From IMG/VR virus record IMGVR_UViG_3300025324_000011, positions 32,985 to 96,984 of that record: a DNA stretch of 64,000 nucleotides, one strand, 5' to 3'. The position numbers and the translations under genes were made by a program. Shown in pieces: positions 47,974-58,347 of the stretch. Position 1 is the stretch's first letter, and each line of letters begins with the position of its first letter. The notes under the pieces were generated by a model, which was given only the letters and a program-made list of their open reading frames with translations, was not told where the DNA came from and searched no databases. The stretch comes from a virus.

Positions 47974-49245
47974 TTACGCGCCCCAAGTCAGCCCGGTGGT
48001 AATGTGATGAGCGTTGGTGTAGGTGGTGTTGAGATCGGTGCCAAGCACTAGTCGCACAGCCTGAGTGTTCCGGTTCATCAGCGAACGGGTAGCGCCACCC
48101 GATACGTAGCTGCCCTCACGGAAGTATTCGACCTGTACCTTACCGCCGTTCTCGCCGCCCACCTGACCAATCAGCACGTGCTCCATATCCAAGAGGTATA
48201 GCTCGCTTTCGTTGGAACCGCCGCCGAGGTTAGCTGGCACGTTGTTGCTGCTGGCGAACGGAATTCCGAAAAGCGTCCCCTTGGACAGCTCCTCGTTGAA
48301 GTACGGGTGATTAAAACCGTCCAAGGCCCCCCACTTGAGCCAATACTCTGTACGCGGATTCCAGATCCATCCCATGCGCTCCATGGGCGCGTTCTGGCCC
48401 GCCAACTTCGTGAACGCCGTCCGGAAGTCTGTCAGTGACGTGAGGAAAGTAGGCGTCGCGGTCATCGCGGTTGTCTGCGTGGCAAACCACCGGATGCCCT
48501 TCGGCGTATGATCGGAGCCTGCCCCGCGGATGAAAGCAATGTCCAGGCCGATACCGACCTCGCGGCGCGCCATGTTCTCAACGTATGCCGAGACGCGCGG
48601 ACCGACCTTCGTCTGAAGCATCTTGTTTGAAATCTCGATGATGCTCGCGATGAACTTCTCGGTCAGCTTCCGCATGCCAGTTGATGGCGTCGAATCGATT
48701 TCGTCGGTGATCACTTCGCCAACCCAGAAGACGGAGGGGCGGCCCGTGAAACCGGGGACCTCCATAGCCCCGTTGTCCAGTGGAAGCTGGACGGGACCGA
48801 GCTTGAGGAGCGCAGTCTTCGGGGCGAGCGCGTCAAACCAGCGATCAAGGACATCGCTTTGAATCAGTGCGCCGCCCTCCGTCGCCTCGGAAAGGTTGAT
48901 CGTTTTCGCCACGGTGGGTCCGAGGTATTTGGTGACATCCTCCATGGCCCGCGCGCGTCCATCATCGGCCTTGCCATACTTCGCCATCGCAAAGCAAAGG
49001 GCTCCGATCGGATTCTTTCCCTCGGTTGCCTGTTTCCAGTCGGCGGAAGCGAGCTTCGTCGCAGCCTGTGATTCGAAGATCCCCTCCATCGATCGATCGC
49101 GTTGGCCGTAGGACTTCTCTAGGGCGGCAGCGAACATGCCTTCGAGCTTGTCGCCGAGAACGCCCTCGAAAGCCTTGACGGCAGTATCGTGGTACTTCTC
49201 CGTTTCACTTCCAGGAACGATGTTCTCAGGCATTTCTTTCCTCAA
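47974..49245 (-). CDS. major capsid protein (HK97 fold)
   Basis: EGGALI, VFWVGE, IEISNKML, FIRGAGSDHTPKGI, TLFGIP. Confidence 0.92.
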   Translation of the reverse strand: MRKEMPENIVPGSETEKYHDTAVKAFEGVLGDKLEGMFAAALEKSYGQRDRSMEGIFESQAATKLASADWKQATEGKNPIGALCFAMAKYGKADDGRARAMEDVTKYLGPTVAKTINLSEATEGGALIQSDVLDRWFDALAPKTALLKLGPVQLPLDNGAMEVPGFTGRPSVFWVGEVITDEIDSTPSTGMRKLTEKFIASIIEISNKMLQTKVGPRVSAYVENMARREVGIGLDIAFIRGAGSDHTPKGIRWFATQTTAMTATPTFLTSLTDFRTAFTKLAGQNAPMERMGWIWNPRTEYWLKWGALDGFNHPYFNEELSKGTLFGIPFASSNNVPANLGGGSNESELYLLDMEHVLIGQVGGENGGKVQVEYFREGSYVSGGATRSLMNRNTQAVRLVLGTDLNTTYTNAHHITTGLTWGA

Positions 49246-50534
49246 ATGGGCAGTCGCCCCGTTGTCCTGTAATCGAAGTCCTTCGCGGTCTTTTCGATCA
49301 TTCTTGCCGTGATTGCTTCCATCTCCTGCACGGACAAGATTTCCAGCGGATTCGGCGAGTCGAAAGACGCCTCTTTCTTTTCCTCGGACTCCGGTGGTTT
49401 CTCTTCCATGGGCGCCGCCCTGTTGATCAACGGCCCCAGGGTTTCAGCAGCGAATTTCCGGAGAGCAGAGTTGAGCAGCTCCTCGACATCCGTCCGCGTA
49501 ATCGGCGGCGCCTCTTTTGCCGTCTCGCCGTGAATCAATTCGATGGATGCTCCCTTGCCGAGGACGCCTTCCAGAAATTCAATCGAAATCCCTTCGGGTA
49601 GCGCCACCTTGGCGGTACCGGCCCGCTGGAAGACGTGGCCGCCGACGTGCCCCTTGTCCGCTTTGCAAATGGATTCGCCGCGCAGCTCGCCGCACTCTTC
49701 CGGCGTCTTCGCAATTTCCTCTACCGCCTTCGTCTCAACCGGTTCATTCATTTTCGGTTCCTCCTGTGCCGGGAGACGTTTCTTGGAAATATCGTCCGCA
49801 GAAAGCTGAATCAACTCGAATCCATTGCCGTATCCGATGAGCTTCGCAAGCGCATCCGCCTTGTCTGGCGCCATTAGCAGCGGCATGCCATTGGTGAGGA
49901 CACCGCCCACGCTCTTGGCCTCTTCGTAGAGGCGGAAGCTCCAATCAAGGAGTGGAATCAAATCAATTCCAGCAGCAGCAGCGCCCTTTGCGAGGGCGAG
50001 TGGTTGATCAGGCACGGCGACCTTGGACACCTCGTAGAGCTCAAGCTCTTCGATGTCCATGCCCCGGCGCTGCTCGTTGAACGCGTATTTCATCATCTTG
50101 CCGCCGATTGAACACGCGCGCATGAGGCGCTCGGCGGTCAATCTGAAAATCGTCTCGCAGAGCATGCCGTGCTCTAGATCATCGGCAGACCAGAATTCGC
50201 AGACGGAAAAAGCCTTGCCGCCCTTGACTCCATGCTCGACGGATTGACCTATGGGGAGGCCCCAGTAGCTATGACAGGCAAGCCACACAGGATTAGAGTC
50301 GTACTGTTTGAAGGAGATGCCATCCTGCTTGATTGAGTCACGCGAGCGATCAGGGGCGGCTGCCGAGATGGTATGGAAGATCCGCCGTTTCGCGCGGTCC
50401 ACCTTCTCCGGGTCCATCATCCCGCCCTGCGCCGCGCACACAATCACATCGTCAAAGGAAACGCCCTTGTCCAACTCCGCCTTGACATCAGGGAGCCAAA
50501 CGCGCCGCCCGTTGGGTATCGATAAAGTGTCCAC
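49242..50534 (-). CDS. HK97-type prohead protease with scaffold-like C-terminus
   Basis: PDRSRD, NPVWLACH, ACSIG, ELYEVSKVAVP. Confidence 0.88.
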   Translation of the reverse strand: MDTLSIPNGRRVWLPDVKAELDKGVSFDDVIVCAAQGGMMDPEKVDRAKRRIFHTISAAAPDRSRDSIKQDGISFKQYDSNPVWLACHSYWGLPIGQSVEHGVKGGKAFSVCEFWSADDLEHGMLCETIFRLTAERLMRACSIGGKMMKYAFNEQRRGMDIEELELYEVSKVAVPDQPLALAKGAAAAGIDLIPLLDWSFRLYEEAKSVGGVLTNGMPLLMAPDKADALAKLIGYGNGFELIQLSADDISKKRLPAQEEPKMNEPVETKAVEEIAKTPEECGELRGESICKADKGHVGGHVFQRAGTAKVALPEGISIEFLEGVLGKGASIELIHGETAKEAPPITRTDVEELLNSALRKFAAETLGPLINRAAPMEEKPPESEEKKEASFDSPNPLEILSVQEMEAITARMIEKTAKDFDYRTTGRLPI

Positions 50535-50612
50535 CGCTAGCTATTGTGGCCAGGGTTGACGGACGCGCTACTGATTTGGCATAATGCGCAATATGGTCAC
50601 GAGGGAAAAGGA

Positions 50613-50906
50613 ATGAGCAGTCACCCGCAATTATCGTGCTGGCAATGTCGTCATCTCATCTACAGTCTGGCATGGTGCGGGACTGATATCACGCCAGGTG
50701 ACGCCTTCGAGCTGTCATGCGCGAAAAAACACTGGAAATTTGATCCGCAGGAGTCCACCGTCGGAGATTTTCGGCGCTCAATGTCCGCGGCAGAAACGTG
50801 CGCCGACTTTCTTGACTTCAAGATGGATCGCGCACCATGGATGATAGCGCGCGTTGAATTTGATCGCCTCAGCCCGAAGGAGCGCTGGTTCCGTCGTGGC
50901 GCTTAA
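50613..50906 (+). CDS. Cys-rich hypothetical protein (moron)
   Basis: TTGACG...CATAAT promoter at about 50557-50585; CWQCRH. Confidence 0.55.
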   Translation: MSSHPQLSCWQCRHLIYSLAWCGTDITPGDAFELSCAKKHWKFDPQESTVGDFRRSMSAAETCADFLDFKMDRAPWMIARVEFDRLSPKERWFRRGA

Positions 50907-51147
50907 CTCAGAAGCATATTGGGCCGCCAAGCGCGGCGCCTTTGGTGACTACCTCCGCGAGCTAAGGGGAGAGCGCTCGCGCCGCGTAATCGTCGCTGGA
51001 CTCGAAGGACGGAATCAGGACTGGTACCGCCATATCGAAGACGGCAACCGCAGCTTCCTGCGGACAAGCGAAATCGGCGAGCTGGCGCAAGCTCTCGGCG
51101 TACCAGCCAACGACATATTCCGGAGGGCCCAGAAAGCTGGGTATTGA
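50896..51147 (+). CDS. XRE-like HTH protein
   Basis: FGDYLRELRG...IEDGNR...LAQALGV. Confidence 0.7.
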   Translation: MALNSEAYWAAKRGAFGDYLRELRGERSRRVIVAGLEGRNQDWYRHIEDGNRSFLRTSEIGELAQALGVPANDIFRRAQKAGY

Positions 51148-51385
51148 AATGAACGATGCTGCGGCGGCGTGGTTATGTGGCCTCGCAATATTGATGGTAA
51201 TCACGATGCTGATATACAAACTGCTGAAACGGCCGCGCAAGCCTACTGCGTCCTTCCAGCCGTCCTGTCCTTGTCTCCTTCTTCCTACGCTAGAGTTAGT
51301 GTAGTCCCATTGGGAACCGATGTCAAGGGGTTTCTGGAAACTTTCTCATCTTGACTTTGTAGCCCCATTGGGCTAGAGTCTGAGC

Positions 51386-51589
51386 ATGGCTAGACCGAAG
51401 ATGGAAGAGTTACGCCGGCATAGCGCCTCCATGCGAGTCCGTCTCCTGCCTGAGCATGACTCCCTGATCCGCGAAGCTGCCGAGCATGCCGTCAGGCGCA
51501 AAGGCTCCGGCGACCTGAGCGACTGGCTTCGGGAGGCCCTGGTCTCGGCGGCTCGCCGCGAGTTGAAGAGGGACGGCGGGGAGGCATAG
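51386..51589 (+). CDS. ribbon-helix-helix (DUF1778-like) regulator
   Basis: MRVRL...IREAA...LSDWLREALVSAARREL; repeated GTAG(T/C)CCCATTGGG operators upstream. Confidence 0.7.
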   Translation: MARPKMEELRRHSASMRVRLLPEHDSLIREAAEHAVRRKGSGDLSDWLREALVSAARRELKRDGGEA

Positions 51590-51934
51590 GACCTCCCGCA
51601 CCGTCCCTGCGGCGGTATGCGGGAGCGGGGAAGGCTAGGCCGAAGCAACTCGGCTAGCTGGCCGCTCCCGCGTGTGGTGCCTGGAGAATCGGCCCACATG
51701 GCGGCACCCCCTTTCCGGGGTTGCGACGCGGGCCGCCTGAGTGCTATACTGCGCGGTCTGTTGAGATCTCAGACGGCCTTTGTCTGGTTCTCTGAATCGC
51801 CAGCGGTTAGTCCCCGCTGGCGATTCCATTTTTAAGGGGCAATCTCGGGAAATTGGCTCGACCTGGGAGAGAAATCGAGAAATTTTCTCCCAGACTCGGC
51901 AAGCCTGGGAGAAAATTATGGCTCCGCTTGGAGT

Positions 51935-52930
51935 TTAAACCCATGGTTTTCTAAGCAACCTCAAAAGATACTTGCGGAACTGAGCTTCCGGCGAGTTTTC
52001 TAGATACCATTGTAACTGCGCCGAAGGTAGGTTGTCTAGGTACTTCCGGATCAGCGCATCCGGTTTATTGGCGAGGTACTTCTGCAATGTTGATACGGGA
52101 TCTGGATCGTCCAGAGACTCGCCGGAATGCCACTGCGCAACCCGTTCTGCTCGGCTGGCGAGATGAGCCGTGGCCGGAGCAATCTGTTTATGCCGCGCAA
52201 AGGCGACCGCAAGTCCTACCAGAACGCCGAGGGCTATGCCCGGAACACCCGGCAGGAGTGTTCCAAAAATGAGTGTGGCGCCGAAAATCGAGCCGACCGA
52301 TTCGGCGATTATGCCCGGTGAAGTTTCCTTGCCGCGATCAAGGCCGAGGTTTTTTTGCAGCTCGTCTTGCATTTTCTTGAACTTTGGCAGGACATCATCA
52401 ATTGCTCGCACGGTGGCGTAATCCTCTGCGGACAGGCGTTTGGGCGCAACGCTGCTTAAAGCCTCAAGAGACACAGCGTAAGCATCGCGCACCAAGAGGG
52501 TAGCCTCTCGTATCGTTTCTAGGTCATCGATTATGAATTCCTGATCTCGAATTAGGTCTTGCCACTTCACGCGCGTATGGCGCGGCGCTTGCGCTTGCGT
52601 TTTTCGAAGCTCTTGCAACCTTATTTGACTGCCGCGCAGTTCCGCTTCCGCCCAATCAATGCTGGACTGTTGCCGAAAAATTTCCTCGGTCAGAGTCTTC
52701 CGTAAGGCCGTAAGGTTTTCTTCTAGGATGCCATGCTGCTGGATATCAGCTACCATCTTAGGTAGACCGCTGATCAATTCTTGAGCTGAACGCAAAAAAT
52801 CCGATCTTCGTTCAGCCGCTCTCGTCCGATCTATGGTGCGCCACTCATCCATTGTGCTCACGAGCGCAGCCGGATTCCACGCTTGACTAACATAGTCATG
52901 CAGGAAAAAGGTGGGGGGCATAGCCGGCAT
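51935..52930 (-). CDS. coiled-coil + TM hairpin protein with 12-aa C-terminal repeats
   Basis: 331-aa ORF; LQKYLANKPDAL/IRKYLDNLPSAQ/LQWYLENSPEAQ. Confidence 0.65.
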   Translation of the reverse strand: MPAMPPTFFLHDYVSQAWNPAALVSTMDEWRTIDRTRAAERRSDFLRSAQELISGLPKMVADIQQHGILEENLTALRKTLTEEIFRQQSSIDWAEAELRGSQIRLQELRKTQAQAPRHTRVKWQDLIRDQEFIIDDLETIREATLLVRDAYAVSLEALSSVAPKRLSAEDYATVRAIDDVLPKFKKMQDELQKNLGLDRGKETSPGIIAESVGSIFGATLIFGTLLPGVPGIALGVLVGLAVAFARHKQIAPATAHLASRAERVAQWHSGESLDDPDPVSTLQKYLANKPDALIRKYLDNLPSAQLQWYLENSPEAQFRKYLLRLLRKPWV

Positions 52931-53583
52931 GCCGCCGATTCTATAGGAGATTCCCGGCTGTCAACCACCAGCAAAGTGTACCATACTGCTAGTACAGCGG
53001 TGCAGCCCCCGCCTTCGGGAGAAGAGGGCTGCACTAGCGCCCGCTCGTATAGCCGTGCCCCCATCCGCCCTAACCATCAACGTCTAAGAGACGCCAAGGA
53101 GCGGCAGGCAAGGTGAGGCCATACGGTCGCTCGGGCCGCTACGGTGGATGTGGTGGGAAGATGCGCTCTCCCCTCCTGGAGGGGAGGTTAGACCGGTCCG
53201 GCAGGTTTGCGGACCGGTCTGGGCGTAACTTTGCAAGGGACAGCGCTACCCAAATTTCCCATTAAAATTGTCCCTGACGCAGCCAGGTAATCGATGAGAA
53301 GCTCGGAACTTTGCGGATATTTCTTTGACAATGGGTGGACTTGCACTCGCCGCAGAGGACACGATGGGCTGCATGAGGCTCATGGATTCAGAGGACGAAC
53401 GATGCACGTACAGGGCTCCGACGCATGCCGCGAAGGCGCCATCGACTTCTCCGATGCGACAGTACAGCTCGCTACAGCTAACTCCGCCTTAGATTCATTG
53501 CTGAGCATCCTTGCGTGGCTGATTGAACGCCTTAAGATCAGACCATAGCGAGCGGATGGCCCCCCCCCCCCTTTTTTTTATAG

Positions 53584-53625
53584 ACCACGCAGGCAAGGCC
53601 CCGATGAGGGCCTTGCCTGCGTGGT
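53584..53625. terminator. perfect long hairpin, probable bidirectional terminator
   Basis: ACCACGCAGGCAAGGCCC-loop-GGGCCTTGCCTGCGTGGT between convergent ORFs. Confidence 0.6.
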
Positions 53626-53646
53626 TCTTTGTTGGGGAATCCGGCG

Positions 53647-54180
53647 TCAGCGAACGGTCGTGGTACCACAGCCCCACTCGCTGAGGTGCGTGTTATCGCC
53701 AGCAATACATTGACACTGCTGTCCGTGTCCTTCCGTGGGGCTATCAACCGTGATGCACATCCACAAAGTGGTGGTCGTTTGGCTACCATCGGCGCGTGCG
53801 TGCGGCATTGACTCGGTTCCAACTCGCGGTGGGGCGCCGTTGTAGGAGTTCATACAACTGAGGTTTCCGACTTTCCAGCCACCGCAAAACGTCACTACGT
53901 CGAGCGTACACCCAGCGGAGAAGCACTTCATATCCTCGCCGCGAAGGGTTCCTCCCTCATCGAATTTACACCACCCCTGCGACGCATTGCCTGAGAAATC
54001 AAATGGGCCGGTGGCGCTGTTTGCGCAACTTCCCGTCGTCACGTGCCGCTGGTGGATTCCCGGAGCCCAGGGGCTGAAAAAGCCCCCGCAGTCGTCGGCT
54101 TGACTAAAAAGTTGCCGCGGAAGCAAAAACACGAAAACCAGGCAGACCACTGCGAGAAAACACACCGCTTTCGTTCGCAT
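53647..54180 (-). CDS. secreted Cys-rich protein
   Basis: AGGAG RBS; signal peptide; many Cys in the mature part. Confidence 0.7.
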   Translation of the reverse strand: MRTKAVCFLAVVCLVFVFLLPRQLFSQADDCGGFFSPWAPGIHQRHVTTGSCANSATGPFDFSGNASQGWCKFDEGGTLRGEDMKCFSAGCTLDVVTFCGGWKVGNLSCMNSYNGAPPRVGTESMPHARADGSQTTTTLWMCITVDSPTEGHGQQCQCIAGDNTHLSEWGCGTTTVR

Positions 54181-54278
54181 AGATACCTTCTCCTTTCCTT
54201 TTTCTGGAGCCGTTGTTTTTGATTGCTCCGGGCATCCCTCGGCGAGGGACACCCGCGGCCGTCAAGCGCACCGTAAAC

Positions 54279-56420
54279 TCAGTCGGCCAAGGCAATCAAC
54301 CGCCTAACAATTGTCTTCGCGTCCAATCCTACGCCCGTTCGCAGTAGTCCATTCTCAGTTCCAAGATCGGAGACCAGCTTATTCAGGCGATCGATCTCGG
54401 TCCGCAGCCTTATCACTTCGCTGCTGTCTGGCGTCGGCGAAGGATCAGGCTTCGGCGGCCCTGGTTCAGGCTTCGGATCGGGTTTCGGCAGCGGCTGCTT
54501 CGGCATGACCAGTGCGTAGTACGCCACGATTGGCATGCCGCCTTGGTCACGCGCGCCGTTCCAGGCCATGGCGAGGTCGGTAAAAATCTCTTTCCATAGA
54601 GGATCCCCGTCCGAAACAGGAAGATCAATGATTATACCGAACACCCCGGCCGCGTTGGCTCTCCGTACTAGTTCAATGGAGAAGGTCTCTCCCACCAAGA
54701 GCCCCTTCCCATCCTTAATCCCTCTTGTCTGACCATAGGCCGCGACCCAGAGGCCGTCCGTAGCAGGCTCCGGGAATGGCGCTTCCGGAAACAGAGTCCC
54801 CGTTGGATACTTCTGCGCCGACCCGCCTCCGACGCGCATAGCGGTCATCGTGAATCCAAGGGATTTTAGCGCCGATGCCATAATCCGCACGTGCTTATCC
54901 TCCTGCGGCTTAGGCCGCGGTCCATTTCCTTCATCAAGGCCAGAAACGATTTCTATGACGTGTCCGAAAGGAGGGATGTACGCTCTCGGCTGCTCGCTAT
55001 CAAGCTGTTCATCTCGAAGAACCCATGTTTTTGGCAGTGCTAAGCCAATAACGATCGCTCCGGGACCAAGCGCTGTTTTCGTCGGTAATTTGACGAGTAA
55101 CCCACCTGCTTCGCTTAACAGGGTTGCTTTCATTCCATCCCAAAGAAGTCGATAAATAGCGGTAGCCCCCCAGGGAACTTGGATTCCGCCCTTCTGTTCA
55201 CCGCTTGCCTCCAATCGGTGATGACCCCTACCCTGACGTCCAATCGTCCAAGCGAATCCCTGCTTCCACTTCTTCTGATTATCAATCGGCCCAACGCTGA
55301 CGCCGATCAACGGGATAATGCCACCCGCGGGGCGATTATTCGGAAACGACACGCGCACCTTGAGATCTAAGGGAAGTCCATCATATGGAATGACAAGCGA
55401 GGTTGACGAGGATGGAGCGCTGCGCCCTGGATCTCGAGGAAGTACAATCCGCGTACCACTATTGATTACTGGCCGCGGCTGAGGTTCTGATGGTTTTTTA
55501 TCTGATGCCGGCGCATCCGCTTCGTCGAACCATGGCACTAGATGCAAACCGACAGTGATATCGCTTACGAGAAGCCCCGGAGGCAGCGGTAGGACATTGT
55601 CGCCGTAAACATCAGAACCATACCGAATGAACGCGCTGTCAATACCATCGATTTCTGCCCAAGAATAATCTCCGCGACGCGCGCGAAATCCTCCATCTGG
55701 CGGCAGGAACCTGCGCTCCTTGGTAACGTTATCCCAAGTCCCCGCAAGAATCGGAGTTGTATTGCTGTTAATCGTTCTGGCGTGAACGACCGCCTTGCCA
55801 CCCTCTGTTTCTACGATCCTGATTGGATACGCCACCGGTAGATCTTGGATGTCTAGGTCAAGGGAGGCCATGTAGAGATCGTGGAGTCTCTGCTTGAGCA
55901 GCAGGCCGGCATGATACGTCCACTTCATTCGAAGCCCATATTTGGCGGCCTGCGCCCACGATTCCGCCTGCTTGAGTCCGGCTTGATCGTCGCGCGCCAA
56001 GGCGAGCAGCCACTCATACCTGCCTGCGTGCGGATAGTGGCCACCGCTACGTTGCCCGAACCATAGGCACGTTCCATCTCCGCACTCTGTGGCCTCCAGA
56101 AATGCAAGAAACCAAGAACACCAGCTGGCGGCCGATGGGATCTCGGTTGAGACCGACGCTTCGGCCAAAAAACTCCAATCGCTATAAATCCACGAACAGA
56201 CCTCGGTACCACCCCAAGAGAGGCGCTCACGTTGGTGCCGCTCGTGCCAAGAGGCGACAGCGCGATCCTTGTTTTCGCCCAAGAGAATTCGTACAGCGTC
56301 ACGGAGGCGCGGGCGATTTTCTCCTGGTTGGTTATCGTTCTTGTAGCCGAAAGTGTTTGGGGCCTTACCCTCGATGGCTGCAAGAAGTTCCTGGCCGAGG
56401 GTCTGTTCGTCGCCAGCCAC
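54279..56420 (-). CDS. large multidomain hypothetical protein (713 aa)
   Basis: Long ORF with Pro-rich linkers and C-terminal coiled coil. Confidence 0.75.
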   Translation of the reverse strand: MAGDEQTLGQELLAAIEGKAPNTFGYKNDNQPGENRPRLRDAVRILLGENKDRAVASWHERHQRERLSWGGTEVCSWIYSDWSFLAEASVSTEIPSAASWCSWFLAFLEATECGDGTCLWFGQRSGGHYPHAGRYEWLLALARDDQAGLKQAESWAQAAKYGLRMKWTYHAGLLLKQRLHDLYMASLDLDIQDLPVAYPIRIVETEGGKAVVHARTINSNTTPILAGTWDNVTKERRFLPPDGGFRARRGDYSWAEIDGIDSAFIRYGSDVYGDNVLPLPPGLLVSDITVGLHLVPWFDEADAPASDKKPSEPQPRPVINSGTRIVLPRDPGRSAPSSSTSLVIPYDGLPLDLKVRVSFPNNRPAGGIIPLIGVSVGPIDNQKKWKQGFAWTIGRQGRGHHRLEASGEQKGGIQVPWGATAIYRLLWDGMKATLLSEAGGLLVKLPTKTALGPGAIVIGLALPKTWVLRDEQLDSEQPRAYIPPFGHVIEIVSGLDEGNGPRPKPQEDKHVRIMASALKSLGFTMTAMRVGGGSAQKYPTGTLFPEAPFPEPATDGLWVAAYGQTRGIKDGKGLLVGETFSIELVRRANAAGVFGIIIDLPVSDGDPLWKEIFTDLAMAWNGARDQGGMPIVAYYALVMPKQPLPKPDPKPEPGPPKPDPSPTPDSSEVIRLRTEIDRLNKLVSDLGTENGLLRTGVGLDAKTIVRRLIALAD

Positions 56421-56641
56421 TAGATTTCCTTCGTGCGTACGGAACGCATTTCAGTCTTGGCGGTCAGCGCTGGTAATGCGCGATTGACGGATAAACACTC
56501 CTTCATGCGCGCGAAGCTATCCTGTTCATATAACCTCGCGAATGAGTCCTCGTTGACCTGCGACCAAACAACGTTTTCATTGTACCAGTGGATGCGATAA
56601 GTTGCCATGGTAACCACCACCTCAATCTGGACAATCGGCAC
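56420..56641 (-). CDS. small hypothetical protein
   Basis: GAGGTGG RBS before internal ATG; coupled to the next gene. Confidence 0.5.
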   Translation of the reverse strand: MPIVQIEVVVTMATYRIHWYNENVVWSQVNEDSFARLYEQDSFARMKECLSVNRALPALTAKTEMRSVRTKEI

Positions 56642-57050
56642 AGGTGATGCGTGATGGCCTCACGAACATCCCGGACTGCTGCCCCCACACTCTCACCTCT
56701 GCATTCTGTTCGATCTTTGCGGCGATAACCGCGAACCGACCCGTGCAGATCACAAACTTCGGCGCATACTCGCCGATGACGTTCACTGGTAGGAGGACGC
56801 CAAGCGGCTCTCCGCGAGTGAGCAGCTGAGAAAGCGCCGCAGAGACAAGCGGATCTTGGATTGCGACCTCGGCCGCCGTTGCGTTGAGCGGAACCTGCTC
56901 TCCCGCAAAGCCCCTCAACTCCATGTCGGCAAACTTAGCCGACGTGAACGTGGCGGCTCCGATCGAACGCATCGCCGAGCATCCGCTGCAAAGGACGACC
57001 GCTACGGCGATGATAATTGAAATGTAAGCCGCTGAATGTTTGTTTCGCAA
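56622..57050 (-). CDS. putative lipoprotein
   Basis: AAGGAG RBS; hydrophobic leader and CSGC lipobox-like site. Confidence 0.65.
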   Translation of the reverse strand: MRNKHSAAYISIIIAVAVVLCSGCSAMRSIGAATFTSAKFADMELRGFAGEQVPLNATAAEVAIQDPLVSAALSQLLTRGEPLGVLLPVNVIGEYAPKFVICTGRFAVIAAKIEQNAEVRVWGQQSGMFVRPSRITCADCPD

Positions 57051-57344
57051 GGTTGAAACTCCTTTCTATGGCTTAGGGCAAGCCAGTTGAAATCATTCAC
57101 CTCTTCGTTTCAGATAATTCAATGACATGATCGCCACAACGAAGACTAGCACGCAGAGAGCAACGTCGAACCAAAAGTCATAATCTTCTAGCACGCCTCG
57201 CCCTCCGCCGTTTGTAGTCGGTGATCTCAGCGGCGCGTACGAGACCGCGTATCATATCACTTACCTCCACGTCGCCTCCCTCTTCTACGCAATCCATCAC
57301 ATTTCCCATTATACAGGTTGTGGTTATCTGGCGTCAAGTCGTGG

Positions 57345-58337
57345 CTATCCAGCCGCTTCAGCGGGAGTCATGGGCCGTAAGCTTCCGCCGCGTTTCGGGG
57401 CGATGAATGGCGGAACCGTTGGTGACTCTTCATCCTTTCTGACTAGTCTTTCACCGCACCGGCAATTAGTATCATGACCCTCTGCATCCGCTTCACCGTT
57501 CGGATAATTGCCATTGATCGGTGCTCGGCTACCGTGCGCAGCATAACATATTTGACAAAGTACGGCGTCAAGAATGGCGATCCATTCGCGTTCGTAAATC
57601 TCCTCGCTGATCAGCCCGCGTAACGCCGATTCACGCACGAGACCGACTTCCGCAGCTCTGCCGGCGCGCGCCATCTCTGTTTGCGCCACGTTCAACGCGC
57701 GCCGCGTCTTCAGGCGTTCCGCGTATACCTTCGCGAGGCGCGATGACTTATCTGGGCTGACCCCGGCTTCCAACAACTTACGTTCGTAGCCGCCCACCGC
57801 CTTGCTCCATGCTTCAGTAAGCGGCAGTCGTTCACGCAATTGATCAGCAATGCGCACAGCGCTAAAATCGCTGCCGAGGGAATCCGCCATGACTTGGCGG
57901 AGCGTTGCCCTCGCCTTATCTGTTATCTCTTGAACGAATTGCGCGCCGCGCTGACGCAGCCACATTTCGCCGCGAGTCTGCATGAAAGCGGATTCGATTG
58001 GAAGACTCAGGCGAGCCTTCAGATTCTTTGCCGAGATATCGGCGACCGAGAACAAGGCGCGGCGAGATGCTCCCTCGAAAGCCAGGGGCCGCCCGAGCGC
58101 CGCAGGATTCGTCAATAATTCGGCGATGTACTCTACGCGAAAGACGCGCTCAATCTCAACGACGCTATGCGATTCGATAGCTGCCAGGAGTGTCACTTGC
58201 CCAGGATCGCGGCGCAACTTCTCGAACGCAACGATCCATGAGCGTTGAGCAGATACAGTCAAGCGACGGAGCTGCGCTAATAGCCTTGCTCGGTAGGCTG
58301 CTTCCGTGAGGATTCGCGCTGCCTTGAACGTAAGCAC
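57345..58337 (-). CDS. head morphogenesis / minor head protein (SPP1 gp7, Mu gpF-like)
   Basis: RALNVAQTE, REWIAILD, CQIC, HDTNCRC. Confidence 0.88.
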   Translation of the reverse strand: MLTFKAARILTEAAYRARLLAQLRRLTVSAQRSWIVAFEKLRRDPGQVTLLAAIESHSVVEIERVFRVEYIAELLTNPAALGRPLAFEGASRRALFSVADISAKNLKARLSLPIESAFMQTRGEMWLRQRGAQFVQEITDKARATLRQVMADSLGSDFSAVRIADQLRERLPLTEAWSKAVGGYERKLLEAGVSPDKSSRLAKVYAERLKTRRALNVAQTEMARAGRAAEVGLVRESALRGLISEEIYEREWIAILDAVLCQICYAAHGSRAPINGNYPNGEADAEGHDTNCRCGERLVRKDEESPTVPPFIAPKRGGSLRPMTPAEAAG

Positions 58338-58347
58338 GAAGGCCCTG

